Below are positions 33,112 through 37,820 of a stretch of DNA of 37,820 nucleotides, piece after piece (position 1 is the stretch's first letter; each line of letters opens with the position of its first letter). The notes under the pieces were generated by a model, which saw only the letters and a list, made by a program, of their open reading frames with translations, searched no databases and had not been told where the DNA came from. Both the position numbers and the translations under genes were made by a program. Origin of the DNA: a virus (Duplodnaviria; Caudoviricetes); the IMG/VR virus record IMGVR_UViG_3300033513_000032, positions 1 to 37,820 of that record; one strand, written 5' to 3'.

Positions 33112-34158
33112 TCAAGCCCACTCCCAATAGCCCTGTATAGTGATGTAGACTGTCTCATTATCCCCCGCCGCGCCATCGGTCTTGTACTCAAATATCTGCC
33201 CGTCGTCAACTGCACATTGGTGGTATCCAACTGTATATTGATTCGCTGCTGTACTGAGAGTCATTCCGACATATCGCCAATTGGTAGCTCCATTTCGGCG
33301 CGCATACAGATGTTTTACGGCAGTTGTCAGGTCGGCATACGCATAATAGAATTCAACTGTGTGGCATAGATTACTCGTCGCTGCCGTGCAATCCACGTCT
33401 ATCCCCGCCGAGCCGCCTGGGTCAACGCCATTGACTACCGCAACTGAAATGTCGTCAACGTAGCGGCTAGGGCGTGGCGGCAACGGCACGCCGCGCGCCC
33501 CGATGCACAAACCGAGCGGGACGACATAGAATGTGCCTGCCGCGCCCGCAGTGATTTGCAGGTCAACGTAAGTGCCGGCCAGTGTGTGCGCCGGAATCTC
33601 GACAATCGTCCAGGCCGCCGCCGAGACTGCCGCCGCCGCCGTCTCGCTCGCATCCGAGTTGAGAAGTTTCGCAGTGATATTGATAGCGCCCACTGACCAG
33701 ATTGCCACGAGCGCGGACACGACCCGCCCAAGTTTCATCCTCGGCTCGTCGGCATAAGTATACCGCTGATAGAGTCCCTCACCGCCCGCGTCCGCCACGC
33801 ACTTGAGACAATACTTATAGGTTGCAGTAACACCTCCCTCGCCCGCCACGTCCGCGAACGTGACTTTGGTCGTCGGCGTGCCGACGCTGTCCCACCACAG
33901 ATTCAGCGTGTCCAGATCGGCATCGTTGGGAGCCACGGACGGGAAGCCCTTGATCTCGTTGACGAGTTGGCTGGCCTGAATGGCTGACCATAGCATATCG
34001 CCGCCAGCAGCGGCGGGCTCGCAATCTTCCCAGGCCGCGCCCGTGTCACGCTCCCACTTCTCAAGAGTCGTGTCATAGAACAGCCGCCCGGGGATGGCCG
34101 CCGCAGGCCGATTGCCTGTTATGTCCCTCAAAATCAAATCTTCAAAGTCTGTACTCAT
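33112..34158 (-). CDS. Putative tail fibre/receptor-binding protein
   Basis: PGRLFYDTT..W N-terminal motif and beta-rich domains; last late gene. Confidence 0.65.
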   Translation of the reverse strand: MSTDFEDLILRDITGNRPAAAIPGRLFYDTTLEKWERDTGAAWEDCEPAAAGGDMLWSAIQASQLVNEIKGFPSVAPNDADLDTLNLWWDSVGTPTTKVTFADVAGEGGVTATYKYCLKCVADAGGEGLYQRYTYADEPRMKLGRVVSALVAIWSVGAINITAKLLNSDASETAAAAVSAAAWTIVEIPAHTLAGTYVDLQITAGAAGTFYVVPLGLCIGARGVPLPPRPSRYVDDISVAVVNGVDPGGSAGIDVDCTAATSNLCHTVEFYYAYADLTTAVKHLYARRNGATNWRYVGMTLSTAANQYTVGYHQCAVDDGQIFEYKTDGAAGDNETVYITIQGYWEWA

Positions 34159-34161
34159 TGT

Positions 34162-36471
34162 CTACTCCAAATCTTGTAGGGCCATGACGGGATTCCCGTC
34201 AACGTCGATGACAAAGGAAAAATCTCCCGCTGCGACGATATAGACAAACTGGCGATATTGGCCTGTCGGTGAACCATTCGCCGCCGCCGTGATTTGCCCC
34301 TGCGCGTTCACCGTGATGTTGGCGTTCGTGTATGCGCCCGCCACGACAGCTGTGTTGGTGATCGAGATTGTTCCAGCGCCGACGATGGGATTGGGCACGC
34401 CCGTCAGCCCCGTCCCAGCCGTGACGCTTGTGACTGTCCCGCCCGCGCCGTAGGGCGGGTAGGAATTGATCGTCCCAGCCCCGCCCGTCGTCCCGTTGCA
34501 ATTGTGGAGCCACATCGTCGCGTTCGCGCCGTTGGCGAAGAAATCGGCAGTCACGGAATGGTTGAAAAATTGAACGTTCTTGCAGATCAGGTAGTTGGCG
34601 CGCACCGCGCCCTCGACGTAGATGCCGTAGGTCGAGGTCGCGCCCGTCTTGTCAAACAAAGTGTTGCTGATGGATGAATACTGCGCGGCGGTGTCGGGCG
34701 TGTTGATGTAGATGTCGGCAAAGCCCTTGTTGACCTCGAACCAGGAGTCATTGATCTGGATGCCCAGCCCTTCGTCACTTGGCGCAAAGCGCACGGCCCC
34801 AGTGTTGGGATTGGCGGCTGTCCCGTTCACCTCCATATCCACGCTGTTGAGCACCAAGAGGTCGCCTTGCTGGTAATCAATTCCCCAGCTCGTGTTCGCG
34901 GAAATCACCGTGTCGTTGATCCGCACCAGGTTGGCGTGAATGTTGACGCCGCCGATGGCGAGCAGTGTGTCATAGACTCCGACCGCGTTGGCGTTGATGA
35001 TGCAATTATCGAGTTGCGAGGCCAGCACCGCCCGAAAACGGCAACCATAGGAGGTGAAAGAGAATACCGCGACCCGCTCCATCTGGAAGTAATACCCGCC
35101 TGCCAGGTCAACCCCGATTGTCCCGACACCGCTCCCGTGTATCGTCAGGTCGCGAATCGGCATCGTCAGGGTCAGCGCGGCTGGTACGCCATAGTTGAGC
35201 AGCGATCCCGCCGCGTGCGCCATGAGGATCGAGATATTGATGCCCGCCCCGACGAGTGTCACGTTAAAGTACATGGTCAGCGGGTCACACAGGTAGGTTC
35301 CCTCTGGAAACCAGACGACCCCGCCCGCCGCGTGCGCTGCATTGATGGCGGCCTGCACGCCTGCGGTGTCATTCGTCACTCCGTTCCCCGTCGCGCCATA
35401 GTCCACGACGTTGAAATAGATGTAACTGGCATAGTCCAGGTGAATGAGCGTCCCCGCGATGAACTGTCCGCCGATCGCCTGCGAGTCCGAGATGTACAGC
35501 GTGCCTGCGGCGATCACGTAGATGGCAACGGTGTCGCCTTCCAGGTAGATGTTGAATACCTGTCCATAACAGCCCGCCTCGGTCACTGTGCCGTAGCAAA
35601 TATCAGGCAATGTCTGCGCCTTCGAGAAGCCGCCGCGCACGATAGGAAGCTTGGCCGAATCCGCGCACACGAAGTCAATGCCAATGTTCGTGTTGCCATC
35701 TGTTGCGCCATAGCCGCAGTCCAGAAGGTCACAGGCATTTCCAAGCCTCGCGCCAATCGCCATCGTGCCGCCGGTTGCCTGAAAGTATGAATCCTTGCCG
35801 GTGACACAAAAGGCTAAAGCCAATCCCTCGGCATCCAGGCCGATGTTTGTTCCCGCTGAATTGAGCGCATTGGCTACGGTGTGAACGAAGTTGACCGAGT
35901 TGACGCCGACGGCATAGATAGCCGTCGCGTTGGCCTGCCCCGCCCCGTTGTAGGTGATGCTGCAATCAACGAGCACCGACGAGTTGCTCATCGTCACGGC
36001 ACGGCCCGCGAAACCGGAGAACGACAGTTTCATATTTCGCAGCGTGACGCTGGCCGGCACGGTGATGGCGGCCGTAAGGGCAATCGTCGCGGCTGGGCCT
36101 TCCACGATGTCGCCCGCACCAGAGGCCGCGAGAGCCGCGATGACGCCCGCCTGTGTCGCGGCGTACTCTGCGACAGGGCTGCCGCCCGCATCGAACAGCA
36201 AGACGGTATCCCCGCCGCGCCCGACGGTGATCGTTCCATTCGCGCCCATGTCCACCAGGTCAATGTCCGGCCCCTCGGTCAGCACCCGCTCATTCGTCAG
36301 TCCGGCATCGAGCGCCAGCGTCACGTACTGGGCATCGTTGGGAGCTCCAGGCACGCCGCCCCCGCCGCCGATGACGGGCGTCTCTAAACTCTCCAGCCGA
36401 TCCACGCGCCGTTCGACGTGCAGCAGCCGCCGAATGATGTCGGACACCGTTCGTTGCACGCTCTCGATCAT
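34162..36471 (-). CDS. Tailspike with pectate-lyase-like beta-helix
   Basis: N-terminal coiled coil (RRVDRLESLE); FNVVDYGATGNGVTNDTAGVQAAI...VWFPEGTY; Asn/Gly-rich parallel beta-helix; fibre-like C-term. Confidence 0.82.
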   Translation of the reverse strand: MIESVQRTVSDIIRRLLHVERRVDRLESLETPVIGGGGGVPGAPNDAQYVTLALDAGLTNERVLTEGPDIDLVDMGANGTITVGRGGDTVLLFDAGGSPVAEYAATQAGVIAALAASGAGDIVEGPAATIALTAAITVPASVTLRNMKLSFSGFAGRAVTMSNSSVLVDCSITYNGAGQANATAIYAVGVNSVNFVHTVANALNSAGTNIGLDAEGLALAFCVTGKDSYFQATGGTMAIGARLGNACDLLDCGYGATDGNTNIGIDFVCADSAKLPIVRGGFSKAQTLPDICYGTVTEAGCYGQVFNIYLEGDTVAIYVIAAGTLYISDSQAIGGQFIAGTLIHLDYASYIYFNVVDYGATGNGVTNDTAGVQAAINAAHAAGGVVWFPEGTYLCDPLTMYFNVTLVGAGINISILMAHAAGSLLNYGVPAALTLTMPIRDLTIHGSGVGTIGVDLAGGYYFQMERVAVFSFTSYGCRFRAVLASQLDNCIINANAVGVYDTLLAIGGVNIHANLVRINDTVISANTSWGIDYQQGDLLVLNSVDMEVNGTAANPNTGAVRFAPSDEGLGIQINDSWFEVNKGFADIYINTPDTAAQYSSISNTLFDKTGATSTYGIYVEGAVRANYLICKNVQFFNHSVTADFFANGANATMWLHNCNGTTGGAGTINSYPPYGAGGTVTSVTAGTGLTGVPNPIVGAGTISITNTAVVAGAYTNANITVNAQGQITAAANGSPTGQYRQFVYIVAAGDFSFVIDVDGNPVMALQDLE

Positions 36472-37583
36472 GTCTCCGACCTCAACTGGATGCTGACCTT
36501 TTCCTCGCCTTGTGAAAGGGAGACTTTCACGGTGTCAATCCGGCAATCAATCGTCTCGCCGTCAAAAACCGCCGTCACATAGTCTCCCAGGCCATAGTCC
36601 CGCCCGTACACATAGTTGACAGCGGGCGTGATCGTCCCCGAGAACAAGCTGCGCGGTCTGCGATTCCGCAGCTCCGTCTCCGCCTGGTCGGCGAGCTGCG
36701 TCGCATCGTCCGTGTTGCTGGCGTTATAGAAATCCTCGCGCCGGTTGAACGGGCTTGCCCCGATCCGCGCCGGATCGCTCGCCTCGGCGATCGTGCGCGC
36801 GGCCTCGGTTCCCGATCCGCCTGCGTAGATGTAGGTCCGCTCATCGCGATAGTTCGCATTCCGTGTCACGTCCGCGATGTTGCCGAAATCCAGCGAGAAA
36901 ATGACCGGGCCATCTGGGCCGTCCGGAAACCGGTGATCGTTTCCCCACTGCGGCACGTTCGTCCGAAACTCGCACTCCCACCCGTCGTTGAGCGGTGCGA
37001 TCCCAAAATAGACCGCTGTTGTCTCCGTGGTGTGGCTCGCCTCGGCCACTTCCTGGATCACAGTCAGCAGGTTGCGCCAGGCGGCAGCTTTCGCTTTCGA
37101 GGTCCCCAGACTGTGGTCGGCTTGCACACTGAATCCCCAGGCCGACAGGTCGCGCGCTGCCACCGTGCACAGCGCGCCCAGGTTCTCGCGGACGAATGCC
37201 TTGATCAGGTTATCGGCTTGCGCAGCCGCCTTGTCGGCCTGCGCCGATCCCGCCGCATACGCGACGATGCGCCTGGCCAGCAAGTCGTTGAGATCCGGCC
37301 CGCCGAGGAGGTAATACTTGGTCTTGCCTCTGACCCCCTTTTCGACGTAGCGAGCCAAGCCGACGAAATCCAGCGTGCGCGTCCCGCCTGCCGGGCGGCG
37401 CCATACGGCCAGCCGCGTGTCCACCCCAATGAGCGAGATGTCGAACGTCGAGGGCAGCCCCAGTGTGAATGAGCCGGGGGCATTCACGACCTTGCTGTAC
37501 TCCAGCACAGAATAGGAATCCACCAGCGTCAGCGGATGCCCATCGGCATGGTGCAGCAGCCACACCTCATACTCCGCGCCCAT
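36468..37583 (-). CDS. Baseplate hub/minor tail protein (ReqiPepy6 Gp37-like)
   Basis: NAPGSFTL, IYAGGSGTEAAR, RREDF and YGRDYGLGDYV motifs; follows Dit. Confidence 0.82.
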   Translation of the reverse strand: MGAEYEVWLLHHADGHPLTLVDSYSVLEYSKVVNAPGSFTLGLPSTFDISLIGVDTRLAVWRRPAGGTRTLDFVGLARYVEKGVRGKTKYYLLGGPDLNDLLARRIVAYAAGSAQADKAAAQADNLIKAFVRENLGALCTVAARDLSAWGFSVQADHSLGTSKAKAAAWRNLLTVIQEVAEASHTTETTAVYFGIAPLNDGWECEFRTNVPQWGNDHRFPDGPDGPVIFSLDFGNIADVTRNANYRDERTYIYAGGSGTEAARTIAEASDPARIGASPFNRREDFYNASNTDDATQLADQAETELRNRRPRSLFSGTITPAVNYVYGRDYGLGDYVTAVFDGETIDCRIDTVKVSLSQGEEKVSIQLRSET

Positions 37584-37604
37584 TTTCCTGTGTGCCCTTC
37601 CGCA

Positions 37605-37820
37605 TCACTGCACGGCCTCGTCTACCGACAGGTAAGCATCATAGTGCAGGAAGTGAATGTGCGTCGCGCCGGTCGTGTCGTCCATCATCACGCGGATGCC
37701 GTTCTGCCCGGCCCCTGCAATCGGATCCGGCACCAGGCAGAAGGTCCCGAAATCGCTCTGAGGCAAGAGCGTAGCGTACGGCAGCATGTTCCCGCGCCAA
37801 TCGCTCGTGATCGTCTTGAC
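37605..37820 (-). CDS. C-terminal end of the junction-spanning Dit-like gene
   Basis: In frame with the ORF starting at 1906/1822; ends ...YLSVDEAVQ*. Confidence 0.82.
   Translation of the reverse strand, partial: VKTITSDWRGNMLPYATLLPQSDFGTFCLVPDPIAGAGQNGIRVMMDDTTGATHIHFLHYDAYLSVDEAVQ

Noticed and set aside
33112-34158. Diversity-generating retroelement target
   Set aside because: No reverse transcriptase and no template-repeat copy noticed in the genome.
37694-37820. Biological direct terminal repeat
   Set aside because: It is exactly 127 bp, falls mid-gene and is far from the terS region; best explained as an assembly overlap of a circular contig.

Overview
This window is best read as the complete circular genome of a temperate, HK97-fold siphovirus. 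Positions 1-127 are identical to 37694-37820, consistent with an assembler k-mer overlap and giving a unit length of 37,693 bp. The minus strand carries a late region: lysis cassette, HNH/TerS/TerL, portal fused to a MuF-like domain, prohead protease, capsid, a glycosyl/methyltransferase cluster, neck genes, tail tube, a -1 frameshifted chaperone, tape measure, a Dit-like gene crossing the contig ends, a Gp37-like hub and two receptor-binding candidates. A tyrosine integrase sits next to a tRNA-Lys(CTT) 3' fragment (attP). A plus-strand early region includes a replication-initiator candidate with internal iterons, a PD-(D/E)XK nuclease and a ParB-like protein. The host is inferred, not shown, to be Chloroflexota (Anaerolineae-like). 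The most unusual observations are: (1) a tape measure protein with a poly-Gly-linked Hint/BIL self-cleavage domain; (2) a 1.25 kb antisense three-gene cassette bounded by perfect 17-bp inverted repeats, lying between the capsid gene and a putative virion-glycosylation cluster; (3) a Dit with a 7-blade propeller and an in-frame upstream signal-peptide-like start; (4) a lysis cassette with no recognisable peptidoglycan hydrolase; (5) no CI-like repressor, but an orphan strong promoter driving a structured ~120-nt RNA that contains a palindrome repeated elsewhere. All assignments come from reading the sequence by eye; no database searches were run.
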